DNA from: Spirochaetia bacterium
GTDB lineage: Bacteria; Spirochaetota; Spirochaetia; SZUA-6; Bin103
Assembly: GCA_965199955.1 (NCBI GenBank)
Contig: CBDATQ010000001.1
Coordinates: 800,001 to 864,000, forward strand
Reading direction: 5' to 3'
Length of the DNA stretch: 64,000 nt
Made by a program: the position numbers and the translations under genes. Under the pieces are notes generated by a model. It ran no database searches and was not told the DNA's origin. It saw only the letters and a list, made by a program, of their open reading frames with translations. Each line of letters opens with the position of its first letter. The first letter of the stretch is position 1. Below, in pieces: positions 18,378 through 27,815 of this stretch.

Positions 18378-18807
18378 TACCAACGTTCTGCTCTACAGCG
18401 TGAGCACGCATCCGGCGGAGGCGAGCAAGGCCGCCGTCGCGGTCGACGTGCTGGGCGGCGAGGATCTCTGCCTCTCGGTGCAGGTGCTGCAGGAGTTCTA
18501 CGTGCAGTCCACGCGGGTCACTCGCTCCTATCCCCTTTCGCACGATGACGCGGTCGCGTTCATCGAGACCTGGCAGCGGTTCCGGGTACAGGATCTGTCG
18601 GTTGCGCTGATGCGGGAGGCGCTCGTCGCGGCCAAGCGATGGCAGGTGTCCTACTGGGATGGCGCGATCATCGAAGCGGCGAGGATGCTCGAGTGTGACG
18701 AGCTGTTGACCGAGGATCTGAATGCCGGTCAGGTGTTCGACGGGGTGACGGTGGTCAATCCGTTCGACTCGACCTGGGGCGGCAGCTCTTGGTCGATGAT
18801 TTCCTGA
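18364..18807 (+). CDS. vapC: PIN-domain (VapC-like) toxin
   Basis: FVDTNVLLY, SVQVLQEFY, SYWD..I..AA, LLTEDL, VVNPF. Confidence 0.9.
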   Translation: MRFVDTNVLLYSVSTHPAEASKAAVAVDVLGGEDLCLSVQVLQEFYVQSTRVTRSYPLSHDDAVAFIETWQRFRVQDLSVALMREALVAAKRWQVSYWDGAIIEAARMLECDELLTEDLNAGQVFDGVTVVNPFDSTWGGSSWSMIS

Positions 18808-18866
18808 TCTCGGAGACGACGCTGAAGCGCCTGTTCGGCCGGCCCGAGATCCACCCGAGCAGCCCG
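18768..18866 (+). pseudogene. Remnant of a probable glycoside hydrolase N-terminal segment
   Basis: Alternative frame reads LDLGRQLLVDDFLISETTLKRLFGRPEIHPSSP, resembling the GRQLFVDDFLI start of uncharacterised propeller hydrolases. Confidence 0.45.
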
Positions 18867-18979
18867 GCACCAACCTGGTCTGGCCCACCAGTCCGAGTCG
18901 CCGCCGGCGGCCCCGGCTTCGCCGGACCTGCCGATACCGTCTGATTGACGCAGCGTCGGGAACCGGTCACCGTCGCGCC

Positions 18980-19813
18980 ATGGCAACGGAAACACTGGTC
19001 AGCGCGGCGCCGAACGGCTCCGCCGTCAGCCCGGCTCCGCTCGCCCAGGCCGACGTCGACTTCTTTCACGAGAACGGCTTTCTGCGGATCCCGTCCGTGT
19101 TCACGCCCGAGGAGAGCCAGGCGCAGGCGGACGACCTGGACCGCCTGGCCCACGACTGGGCGACCATCGACCGGCGCTGGCCGGGGCCCTGGCGCAAGGT
19201 CTACATGGACGACGAGGAGGAGAAGGCCGCCAAGCTCGAAGCCATGCACGAGTTGCACTTCTACTCTCGGGCGTGGCTGGACGCGGTGACCAGTCCCAGG
19301 CTGATCGCCTGCCTGGTGCCGATCCTCGGGCCCGACATCGAGCTGCATCACTCGGTCATGCACACCAAGCCGCCCGGCGGGCAGGTGTTTCCCATGCACC
19401 AGGACCATCCGTTCTACCCGCACGACGACGGGCGCTACCTGGACGTCCTCGTGCACCTCGACGACACCTGTCACGAGAACGGGGAGATCCGCTTCCTGGC
19501 CGGATCGCACAAGCAAGGTGCGCTGGAGCACATCACCGGCACGGAGGAAGAGCCCTCGGCACCGCATCTCCCCACCGAGAAGTACCGGCTGGCGGACTCG
19601 GTCCCGGTGCCGGCCCGGCGGGGCGACCTCGTCGTGTTCAGCTACTACACCATCCACGGCTCGTACATCAACCGGACGGACCGGTCGCGGCGCATGGTCC
19701 GCGTCGGCTACCGCCACCCGCACAACCCGCCGAGCGACGGCGCGGTTCGCACGCCCGGCCTCCTGGTGTCCGGCTATCGCGAGCGCCGCGGCGACGAAGC
19801 CCAGCTGTTCTAG
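18980..19813 (+). CDS. Phytanoyl-CoA dioxygenase (PhyH) family protein
   Basis: FHENGFL, HQD, ENG...GSH, IHGS.IN. Confidence 0.92.
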   Translation: MATETLVSAAPNGSAVSPAPLAQADVDFFHENGFLRIPSVFTPEESQAQADDLDRLAHDWATIDRRWPGPWRKVYMDDEEEKAAKLEAMHELHFYSRAWLDAVTSPRLIACLVPILGPDIELHHSVMHTKPPGGQVFPMHQDHPFYPHDDGRYLDVLVHLDDTCHENGEIRFLAGSHKQGALEHITGTEEEPSAPHLPTEKYRLADSVPVPARRGDLVVFSYYTIHGSYINRTDRSRRMVRVGYRHPHNPPSDGAVRTPGLLVSGYRERRGDEAQLF

Positions 19814-19824
19814 CGGAGGGATCC

Positions 19825-20679
19825 ATGATGCTGTCTCAGGAACAGATCGACTCCTATCACTCCAACGGTTACGTGGGGATCGAAGACGTCATCCCTGCGC
19901 GGGTGGTCGAGGAGCTCCAGCGGGTCACCGACGAGTTCGTCGAACGGTCGCGCGAGGTCACCGAGCACACCGATGTCTTCGACCTGGAGCCGGGACACTC
20001 CCGAGACCATCCGAAGCTTCGCCGCCTGAAGCGCCCGATCGTCCAGCACGAGATCTACCGTGACGCGCTCCACAACGAGGACATCCTCACCATGGTCTCG
20101 CAGCTCATCGGCCACGGCTTGCGCTGCAACGGTGACAAGCTCAACCTGAAGCTCCCCGAGGTCGGGAGCCCGGTCGAGTGGCACCAGGACTGGGCGTTCT
20201 ATCCGCATACCAATGACGACCTGCTCGCCGTCGGGGTGTGCATCGACGACATGACCGTCGAGAACGGAGCCCTCCTGGTGCTGCCCGGATCGCACCGGGG
20301 TCCGGTGTACGACCACCACATCGAAGCCGGCTTCTGCGGGGCCATCACCGATCCGGATTTTTCGGACGAGGACGCCGTGCCCGTCGAGCTCCCGGCCGGC
20401 GGCATCTCCATTCACCACGTGCGGACCGTCCATGGCTCCACGCCGAACCGGTCCGGGAAGCCGCGCCGGCTGCTTCTGTTCCAGTACTGCGCGATCGACG
20501 CCTGGCCGCTGGTCCACTTCACGGACTGGGATACGTTCAACGGGACCATCATCCGCGGAGAGCCGACGAACGTGCCGCGCGTCGAACCCGTGCCGGTCCG
20601 CATGCCCGTGCCGGAAGCGCTCCGGTCGGATGTCATCTACGAGCTGCAGACGGCCATGAAGGAACGCAAGCTCGCCTAG
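19825..20679 (+). CDS. Phytanoyl-CoA dioxygenase (PhyH) family protein
   Basis: LSQEQIDSY..NGY, WHQDW, ENGAL.VLPGSH, VHGS.PN. Confidence 0.92.
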   Translation: MMLSQEQIDSYHSNGYVGIEDVIPARVVEELQRVTDEFVERSREVTEHTDVFDLEPGHSRDHPKLRRLKRPIVQHEIYRDALHNEDILTMVSQLIGHGLRCNGDKLNLKLPEVGSPVEWHQDWAFYPHTNDDLLAVGVCIDDMTVENGALLVLPGSHRGPVYDHHIEAGFCGAITDPDFSDEDAVPVELPAGGISIHHVRTVHGSTPNRSGKPRRLLLFQYCAIDAWPLVHFTDWDTFNGTIIRGEPTNVPRVEPVPVRMPVPEALRSDVIYELQTAMKERKLA

Positions 20680-20728
20680 CGTGCACCCGTCCGATTGACA
20701 ACGACGGACCGATGGAGCCCCATGAGGT

Positions 20729-22222
20729 GTGGGCCGGTACCTCGCCATCGACCTTGGCTCCACGAGCCTGACCGCGCTGGCGCTGGACACCGGGCGGCGG
20801 GCACCGGTGGCGGTGGCGTCGGCCGCGAACGGGCGCGAGACGACCTCGCCAACGGATCGCCGCAAAGGACGTTCCGAGTGGGACCTGGACGGCATGGTCG
20901 CCGACGCCGTCGAACTGGCGCGTCGCGTGGTGGAGCGGGCCGGCGACGGAGCGGGCTTCGACGCCATCGGCGTGACCGGCCAGCAGCACGGCTGCCAGGT
21001 GCTCGGCACCGACGGGCGGCCGGCAGGCCCGCACATCAATTGGCAGGACCGGCGGGCGAGCGAGCCGTCGAGCACCGCCGCCGATGCCCCCACGTACATC
21101 GACCTGGTTGCCGAGCGCGGCGGGGCGCGCCGGGAGGGCAGGAGCCTGCCACGCTTCGAGCGGACCGGATGCCCGCTGGACCCAAAGCACACCGCCGCCC
21201 TGCTGTTCCGGCTGCGCGCCGACGGCACCGTTGCGGACGGGGCGCGTGCCGCGACGGCTCCGGACTACCTGGTCCGCTGCCTTACCGGCGGCGCGCATGC
21301 CCTCGACCCCACCATCGCCCACGGGTGGGGCGTCTACGACGTGTTCTCCGGCGACTGGGACCGGGGGCTGGCCGCCGCGCTGGGGCTCGCGGAGTCGCTG
21401 CTGCCGCCGGTTGCCGGCGCGGCACGTGTCGCGGGTCCGCTGACGGCGCCGGCCGCGTCCCGGATCGGGCTTCCGTCCGGCACGCCGGTCGCCGTCGCGT
21501 CGGGCGACCACCAGTGCTCGTTCGCCGGGTCGGTCGCCCGCCACGCCGAATCGGTGGCGGTCAACGTCGGCACCGGCGGGCAGATGAGCGCCTTCGTCGG
21601 CGAGCCGGTCGAGCCGGGCTGGCTGGAGTTGCGCCCGTTCATGCAGAGCGGCTACCTGCTGGCCTCGGTGGGCCGGGTGGGCGGCCGCAACTTCCGCTAC
21701 CTGCGGGAGTTCGTGGCGCAGGCCGCGACCCTCGGTGCATCCGTAGCGAGTGCCGACCCCGACACCGTATATGAGCGCCTGGTGGCCGCGGCCGAGGCGG
21801 CCGGCGAGGACGCCGGCGGCGTGCGCTGCGTGCCGCTGTTCGACGGGACACCGGCTGACACGGACGAGCGGGCTCGCTTCGAGGGCCTCAGCTCCGCCAA
21901 CTTCACGCCGGGCAACTTGGCGCGGGCGCTGCTGAACGGGATGGCCCGCGAGCTGCACGACGCCTACCGCCGGGCGGTGGCTCTCGGCGCGGGAGAGCGG
22001 ACGACGCTGGTCGGCTCCGGGAACGGCCTGCGGCTCAACCCCGTTCTCCGCGGCGAGCTCGCTCGCCTGTTCGGTCACCCGCCCGTCATCGGCACGCTCA
22101 CCGAAGAGGCGGCGGTCGGCGCGGCCCTGTGCGCTGCCGTAGCCACGGGCGAGCACGCGACAGTCAGTGAGGCGAGCGCCGCGCTCCTCGGCGACGAGCC
22201 CGCGTCAGGCGCGTCTGGCTGA
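20729..22222 (+). CDS. FGGY carbohydrate kinase (sedoheptulokinase-like)
   Basis: LAIDLGST, IGVTGQQHG, NWQDRR, GDHQ, NVGTGGQMS, VGSGNGLR.NP. Confidence 0.88.
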   Translation: MGRYLAIDLGSTSLTALALDTGRRAPVAVASAANGRETTSPTDRRKGRSEWDLDGMVADAVELARRVVERAGDGAGFDAIGVTGQQHGCQVLGTDGRPAGPHINWQDRRASEPSSTAADAPTYIDLVAERGGARREGRSLPRFERTGCPLDPKHTAALLFRLRADGTVADGARAATAPDYLVRCLTGGAHALDPTIAHGWGVYDVFSGDWDRGLAAALGLAESLLPPVAGAARVAGPLTAPAASRIGLPSGTPVAVASGDHQCSFAGSVARHAESVAVNVGTGGQMSAFVGEPVEPGWLELRPFMQSGYLLASVGRVGGRNFRYLREFVAQAATLGASVASADPDTVYERLVAAAEAAGEDAGGVRCVPLFDGTPADTDERARFEGLSSANFTPGNLARALLNGMARELHDAYRRAVALGAGERTTLVGSGNGLRLNPVLRGELARLFGHPPVIGTLTEEAAVGAALCAAVATGEHATVSEASAALLGDEPASGASG

Positions 22223-22361
22223 CTACCGCAGGGCTTCGATACTCGTCGGCGGAGACCGTGTCCTGCACGTCGCAGCGGTACACCCAGGTGCCTTCGCTCA
22301 CGTAGTGGACGGCGAACGCCAGCCGGTCGTGCTCGGTCTGCTCGGTCGAGAGCTCGATCAT
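22164..22361 (-). pseudogene. Collapsed PhyH-like gene (first 8 codons joined to a C-terminal strand)
   Basis: Strong RBS GAGGAGG; MIELSTEQ then TEHDRLAFAVHYV; tandem 9-mer TGCTCGGTC x2 at 22330-22347. Confidence 0.5.
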
Positions 22362-22373
22362 CGGTGTACCTCC

Positions 22374-23858
22374 TCAGCGAATCTCTGGCTGCCAGATCGG
22401 GTTCGCGCGCGCCTCGAAGAACCCCTGGTTGGTCGGCTTCAACTTCCAGATCTCCACGCTGCGGAGCGTCGTCGGGGCCACCTTGTCGCTGCGGCCGAAG
22501 ACGTAGCCCCGCACCTGGTTGCCACCGTCGCGGTACCCCATGAAGACGCTCAGCGCGGCCTGGCGGCCGTTGGCGAACACCTCCACCAGGTACTTGTCGA
22601 CGAAGATGCGCAGCTCCAGGTCCTGGCCAGCCGGCAGGTCGGCGACGGCGAACGGCACCTCGGTGTCGCCGACGCAGAGCGTGCCGGTCTCCGGCCGCAG
22701 CAGGATGAGGAGCCCGGCGTCGCCGTTATCGGCGAACAGCCGGACCCCGAAGCGCTTCCGCTCCGCCTGCGCCCGGTCGACGGCGATGCGCAGCTCGAAC
22801 GCGTCGCCGTCCAGGTCGGCGATGCGCGCGCTCGCGTGGTCCGGCGCGTCCCGGCCTGGCGGGGCGAGGGTGACGTCGCGGATCGTGACCGGCTCACGGC
22901 GCAGCGACTGAAGCTCGGTGAGCGGCTCGATGCGCAGGCTGCCGTCTTCGTGCAGGCTGAGCTCGCGCGGCAGGGACTGCACCGTGCGGAGGTGGATCGC
23001 GGGATCGGCGGTCGCCAGCCACGCCCACATCACCCGCCTGCCGTCCGGCGTCAGCACGCTCTCCGGCGCGAAGAAGGCGCGGTAGACCGGATCGGCCAGC
23101 GACTGGCCGGAGCGCCGCCAGTTCATGCGCCCGTGCCGCTCCGGGACGAACTGCTCGGCACGGGCGTCCCAGTCACCGAGGTAGTACCGGCAGCCGAGCT
23201 GGTGGCTGATGCAGAGCAGCATCCACCGGTCGCCGAGCGGGAACAGGTTGGCGCAGGAGGTGTCCTCTCCCAGGGCGACGTCAGGCAGCTCGCGCTGCAT
23301 GAGCGGACCCACGTAGGTCCAGTCGACCAGGTCCGTGGACTTGCACAGCTCCAGGTTGTCACCGGCCGAATAGACGTAGTAGGTGTCGCCGACCTGGAAC
23401 AGGTCCGGGTCGCCAAGCAGCCGCACGTCCTTGCCGGCGGGGACGCCCCGCGGCACGACGGCGTACGGCTTCTGCCATGAGCTCAGGTCGTGGTCGTCCG
23501 CGACCGCGATGAAGGTGTTGCCCGGCTCGCACACGCCACAGTAGATCGCCGCCGGCTTCCCCTCCCCGGTGATGAATCCCGTGCCGCTGAACATCCCGTG
23601 GCCGGTGAAGGAGGGTTGCAGCTTCGTGGTCTGCCACGTCCAGTGCAGCAGATCCGGGCTGGTGACGTGGATGAACGAGAACGACGCCTGGCCGTGACGC
23701 GGGGGCGCCGGCGCGCCGTGCCAAGGGTGGCGCAGGATGTAGTGCAGGTGGTAGGTGCCGTCCAGGTGGTAGGCGGGATTGGGGTCGCCGGGGGCGCTGT
23801 CGTCGCCCGGGTGCATGAGGTGGTAATTGAGCGCCAGCTCGTCGGTCACGATTGCCAT
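22374..23858 (-). CDS. Glycoside hydrolase family 32-like protein (5-bladed propeller plus beta-sandwich)
   Basis: GDPN..YHLHY, FSGTG, GDPD, SLPREL, LRIFVDKYLVEVFAN. Confidence 0.88.
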   Translation of the reverse strand: MAIVTDELALNYHLMHPGDDSAPGDPNPAYHLDGTYHLHYILRHPWHGAPAPPRHGQASFSFIHVTSPDLLHWTWQTTKLQPSFTGHGMFSGTGFITGEGKPAAIYCGVCEPGNTFIAVADDHDLSSWQKPYAVVPRGVPAGKDVRLLGDPDLFQVGDTYYVYSAGDNLELCKSTDLVDWTYVGPLMQRELPDVALGEDTSCANLFPLGDRWMLLCISHQLGCRYYLGDWDARAEQFVPERHGRMNWRRSGQSLADPVYRAFFAPESVLTPDGRRVMWAWLATADPAIHLRTVQSLPRELSLHEDGSLRIEPLTELQSLRREPVTIRDVTLAPPGRDAPDHASARIADLDGDAFELRIAVDRAQAERKRFGVRLFADNGDAGLLILLRPETGTLCVGDTEVPFAVADLPAGQDLELRIFVDKYLVEVFANGRQAALSVFMGYRDGGNQVRGYVFGRSDKVAPTTLRSVEIWKLKPTNQGFFEARANPIWQPEIR

Positions 23859-24810
23859 GTATCACTCCTGAGGACATCACGGCATGGATGCCGGTGGCGT
23901 CCGCGACGACCGGGATCGGGTCGGAGACATGACGGTTCCGGCCGTCACGTACGGTCCCGAGCAGATACCAGCCGCCCTGCCAGCGTACCAGACGGCTGGC
24001 GTACGGCCTGCCGCTATCCCTTGCCGGCAGAATCTCGCCGGTGCCATGCAGGCTGAACGGTCCGGTCGGGGACGCGCCGACCATCGCGTAGTCGGCATCG
24101 CGGAAGCGGTGGCCGGGGAACCTTCGCAGGAACGACGGTAGCAGCCAGGCGGCGGGCGCGCAGCAGACCAGGTAGTAGCGGTCGTCGATCCGGTAGACCT
24201 GCGGGACCTCGATCTCGGTGGCGATCGGCTCCACCTGCAAGGGCGGTTGGATCCGCCACCTCAGCATGTCGTCGCTGACCGCCAGGCCGACCGTGCCGCG
24301 GCGGCTCCGGTCCCGGGCCTTGCTGCGCGCGCAGACGTACTGGTAGATGCGGTCGCCCTCGACCAGGAGATACGGGTCGCGCCACTGGCCGAAGGCGGAT
24401 CGTGCAGGGCCCAGCCGCTCGTAGTAGCGCGGGTCGCGCTGGTTGACCGGCCCGGTGCCGCACTTGCGCCACCGGAACAGGTCGTCGGAGAAGGCGATGC
24501 CGACGCGGTGGACCTTCCGTGTGGGCGGGTTCTCGCCCCGGCGGATGGCGCTGTAGGCCATCCAGAATCGGCCTTGATGCCTGACGACACAGCCCGTGGA
24601 CAGCGTCTGGCTGTCCCAGGCATCGCAGCGGCCTCGACGCAAGGCAAAGCCGACGTAGCGCCAGCTCCGCAGGTCTTCGCTCACCGCGTGGCCGATGTCC
24701 CAGTTCCAACTGGGCTGCAGCTCCGGCGACATGCAGAAAAAGCAGTGGGCAGCCCCAGCGTGGACGGCGAACCAGCAGTCTCCGATGGTGTTTCCAGGCA
24801 GTCGGAACAT
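23359..24810 (-). CDS. Clan GH-J 5-bladed beta-propeller glycosidase; recognisable domain ends near 23880 and the frame runs on into the next gene
   Basis: GDCWF, IGHAVSEDL.SW, STG, WRDPY, IEVPQV. Confidence 0.75.
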   Translation of the reverse strand: MFRLPGNTIGDCWFAVHAGAAHCFFCMSPELQPSWNWDIGHAVSEDLRSWRYVGFALRRGRCDAWDSQTLSTGCVVRHQGRFWMAYSAIRRGENPPTRKVHRVGIAFSDDLFRWRKCGTGPVNQRDPRYYERLGPARSAFGQWRDPYLLVEGDRIYQYVCARSKARDRSRRGTVGLAVSDDMLRWRIQPPLQVEPIATEIEVPQVYRIDDRYYLVCCAPAAWLLPSFLRRFPGHRFRDADYAMVGASPTGPFSLHGTGEILPARDSGRPYASRLVRWQGGWYLLGTVRDGRNRHVSDPIPVVADATGIHAVMSSGVIHGNRDRRAGAQLPPHAPGRRQRPRRPQSRLPPGRHLPPALHPAPPLARRAGAPASRPGVVLVHPRHQPGSAALDVADHEAATLLHRPRDVQRHGIHHRGGEAGGDLLWRVRAGQHLHRGRGRPRPELMAEAVRRRAAGRPRRQGRAAAWRPGPVPGRRHLLRLFGR

Positions 24811-25430
24811 GGTTCGAAGCGGCCGTCATGGTACCATCTATCCGGACGCCAGCGGCAGGCGATGGCATCGCCGGCGCCGTTGTAGAAGCGGACAGCGTCG
24901 TCGGACACCAGGGAGAGCAGGCCGGCCGGCGCATCGGCCAGCTCGACGGCGAAGCGGGGATCGTCCCCCACCACCCGCGAACCGATGTGGAAGGAACGGA
25001 AGCAGCCGCGCCGGTCGTCGAACCAGGCCGGCACGTCCGCGCACCAGTTGCCGACGTGCTCGGCGGCGTCCAGCAGCAGCCGCACGGCGGTACGGTCCCG
25101 CGGGAACAGGTCCAGGTAACGCGGCAGGAACAGGATGAACGGCTCGGTGCCGTGGTGGGCCTCCGTCTCCGGCTCGTAGCCGTGGAAGCAACTCGCGTCG
25201 ACCCAACCGGCGAGCGCAGCGAGCAACTCGCGGAACCGCTCGGCGATCGCCGGCTCGCGGGTGACCAGGTAGTGCGCGAACCACGCGAGGGCGTAGTTGG
25301 CCTCGTCCTCCCCGCCGCCGTTGAGGCCGGGACCGTCGCTACGCACGCTCTGCGCCAGCCAGGCCGACAGCTCGGCCCGCAGCGCGGTGTACCCTGCGAA
25401 ACAGGCCTGCAGGTCCGCAGGCCGCATCAC
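24681..25430 (-). pseudogene. Hypothetical alpha-helical protein, probably truncated
   Basis: Coding-like composition (GEDEANY, HGY..EAHHGTEPF, EHVGNW) until about 24850, then overlaps the downstream gene start. Confidence 0.5.
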
Positions 25431-25522
25431 TTGGTCTTCGGGCGACTGCGCAACTCGGACATCAAATCGGAGTGGGGCTTCACATCATCGAGCGCCAGCG
25501 ACCGCGCTCAGTCTCCCAACAC

Positions 25523-26674
25523 CTACAGCTCGGCCAGGTAGACCTGCGGGAAGCCGCCGGAGTCGGAGGTATAGCTCACGTAGCGTTCGGAGGGGCTGAA
25601 GGCCGGGTGCGGGTGTGACCACTGCGGGCCGTAGACGGTATCAGTGGGAGACTCCATCCAGCTCAGCGGTCCGTCCGAGTCCATGTGCTCGCCCGCTTCG
25701 CGTGCCGCTCGCGCGAAGTCCTCTGCCAACGCGTAGCGCGAGGTCCGCCACTGCGTGCCGCCGTTGGAGCTGTGCGGGTGGCAGACCACCCGCCACCGGC
25801 CGGTGGCCACCTCCACGACGAGCAGCCCGTGGTCGGGGTGGTTGGTGTCGCAGACGATGCGTGTCCCGGCCCGGTTGGGGGCGATGTGCCACGCGTTGAG
25901 CTCCGCGATCGTGTCGACCACTCCCGAATCCCAGCGCAGCCGGCGTAGCGCCCGCGGCCACTCCACGAACACCAGGTCCTGCGAGCTGCCGAGGAAGGTT
26001 TCATGCACGACGAACTCCTCGTTGTCGTGCTCGTACAGGCACAGAAGCCCGCTGCCGTCGCGGCGGACGCGGAACATGCGCGGCGCGGGATCGCCGGCGA
26101 ACTCGATCCAGTCGGCGTCGGCCGGATGGAATTGCGGATGGATCACCGTGCGGGGGAACTCCAGGGCGACCTGCCCGCCCGCGCCCGACGTGGCGGCGAC
26201 CAGGAGCCCGTTGCGCCCGTCTCGTTTCATGGCCGTGACCACCCAGGCGCCGTCGGCGGACACGCTGCACTCGGCGAGCTGCGCGCCCGGCAGCCGGTGG
26301 ATGACCCGGCGCGAGAGGTCGCGGCGGCTCACCGCCTCGATGACGCCGGCCGGCTCGGCGCCCCCTTCGCCGCGGGTGTAGAGCACCTCGCTCCCATCCG
26401 CGGCGATGACCGCGGAGTAGGGATGCAGGCCTTCGACGTCCGTGAGCCGGCGGATCGGTCCGTCCAGCAACTCAACCTCGTATAACTGCGGCGAGCCGCT
26501 GCGATAGGAGGTGAACAGCACGTGCCGCTCGTCGGGCGTGAACGCGCTGGTCAGGAAGAACGGTGCGTGGTTGATGCAGGCGGCGGTGGTGAGCTGGTGA
26601 ATGGTGGTGCCGGTGACCGGGTCCGTGCCGCTCCGGTATTCGCTGGGAAGAGCCGCTCCGAGCGCGGTTGTCAC
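25523..26674 (-). CDS. Oligogalacturonate lyase-like (PL22-like) beta-propeller protein
   Basis: DPVTG..I.QLT...NH..FF..AFTPD, HPQFHP, HETF, HPHPAFSP...YTSD..G.PQVY. Confidence 0.8.
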   Translation of the reverse strand: MTTALGAALPSEYRSGTDPVTGTTIHQLTTAACINHAPFFLTSAFTPDERHVLFTSYRSGSPQLYEVELLDGPIRRLTDVEGLHPYSAVIAADGSEVLYTRGEGGAEPAGVIEAVSRRDLSRRVIHRLPGAQLAECSVSADGAWVVTAMKRDGRNGLLVAATSGAGGQVALEFPRTVIHPQFHPADADWIEFAGDPAPRMFRVRRDGSGLLCLYEHDNEEFVVHETFLGSSQDLVFVEWPRALRRLRWDSGVVDTIAELNAWHIAPNRAGTRIVCDTNHPDHGLLVVEVATGRWRVVCHPHSSNGGTQWRTSRYALAEDFARAAREAGEHMDSDGPLSWMESPTDTVYGPQWSHPHPAFSPSERYVSYTSDSGGFPQVYLAEL

Positions 26675-26764
26675 GTCCCGAGGGTAGCGGAGGCCGGGTA
26701 CGGTGTCGATGAAGCCGATTTGATTGCCGTATGGGGCGGCGCTAAGCTGCCGAAGGAACAGGCG

Positions 26765-27814
26765 ATGGCGACGCGAGACGAGGTACGAAGCGTGCTCCAC
26801 TGCGAGCCGGCTCCCGCGGGCGGCCGGCGGCCGCTGTTTCTGCCGGCCGTCTACGAGCACAAGGCGTTCTTTCTGGAGGACACGCCGTCGCGGGTGTCGC
26901 GGGACGCGGACCTGCTGGCGCGCGCCGTCCTGGCCGAGTACGCCGCCCTGCAGCCGGACGCGCTCACCATCGGCCTGGACGTGTACAACCTGGAAGCGGA
27001 GGCGGCCGGCTGCCGGGTCACCTTCTACGAGGGCGACGACACCAGCATCCCCGGCATCCGCCCCGGTGACCACGTGGTGGACGCCTCGACGGACTTCGCG
27101 AGCCGCCCCGTCCCCAATCCGCTGCGCGACGGGCGGATGCCGGTCAACATCGAGGCCACGCGCCGGGTGGTCGCCGAGTTGGGCGGCGACGTCTGGATTC
27201 GCGGCGCCCTGTCGGGGCCGTTCTCGCTGGCGATCAGCCTGATGGGGGCGGAGGACTTCTTCCTGTGCTGCTGGGACAATCCCGACGTCTCCAAGCGTTT
27301 GCTGGAGTACTGCACGGCCATCATCAAGGAGTTCGGCGCCGCCTACATCGACGCCGGCGCCGAGGTGATCCTGTTCGACTCGCAGGCGTCGCCGGACCTG
27401 CTGTCCCCGAAGATGTACCGGGAGTACGTCCTGCCGTTCACGCGGTCGATCGTCGAGCACTTCGGGCAGCTCGGCGTCCGGGACGTGCCGCTCATCATCG
27501 GCGGCAACACGACACGCATCATCGACGAGCTGCTTGCGACGGGCGCCAACAACCTGCTCTGCGACTTCACCGCCGACTGGCCGGCGTGGTCGGCGCGCTG
27601 CCGCCAAGCCGGCCGCTCGGTGCGGCGCAACATGTCGCCGCAGTTCGTGGCGTCGGCCACCCCGGACAAGGTGTTCGAGACCGCCGCGCAGGTGGTGGCG
27701 GAAGGGGCGGACCTGCCCGGCTTCATCGTCGGCACCGCGGTGGTTCCCTACGGCACGCCGACCGAGAACCTGCTTGCCGTCCGAAAAGCCTGCACCGCGG
27801 ATCACGGCGGCTGA
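26765..27814 (+). CDS. Uroporphyrinogen decarboxylase/MtaA-CmuA superfamily protein
   Basis: LEAEAAGC, GRMP, GPFSLA..LMG, LLSPKMYREYVLP, VPYGTPTENL. Confidence 0.82.
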   Translation: MATRDEVRSVLHCEPAPAGGRRPLFLPAVYEHKAFFLEDTPSRVSRDADLLARAVLAEYAALQPDALTIGLDVYNLEAEAAGCRVTFYEGDDTSIPGIRPGDHVVDASTDFASRPVPNPLRDGRMPVNIEATRRVVAELGGDVWIRGALSGPFSLAISLMGAEDFFLCCWDNPDVSKRLLEYCTAIIKEFGAAYIDAGAEVILFDSQASPDLLSPKMYREYVLPFTRSIVEHFGQLGVRDVPLIIGGNTTRIIDELLATGANNLLCDFTADWPAWSARCRQAGRSVRRNMSPQFVASATPDKVFETAAQVVAEGADLPGFIVGTAVVPYGTPTENLLAVRKACTADHGG

Positions 27815-27815
27815 A

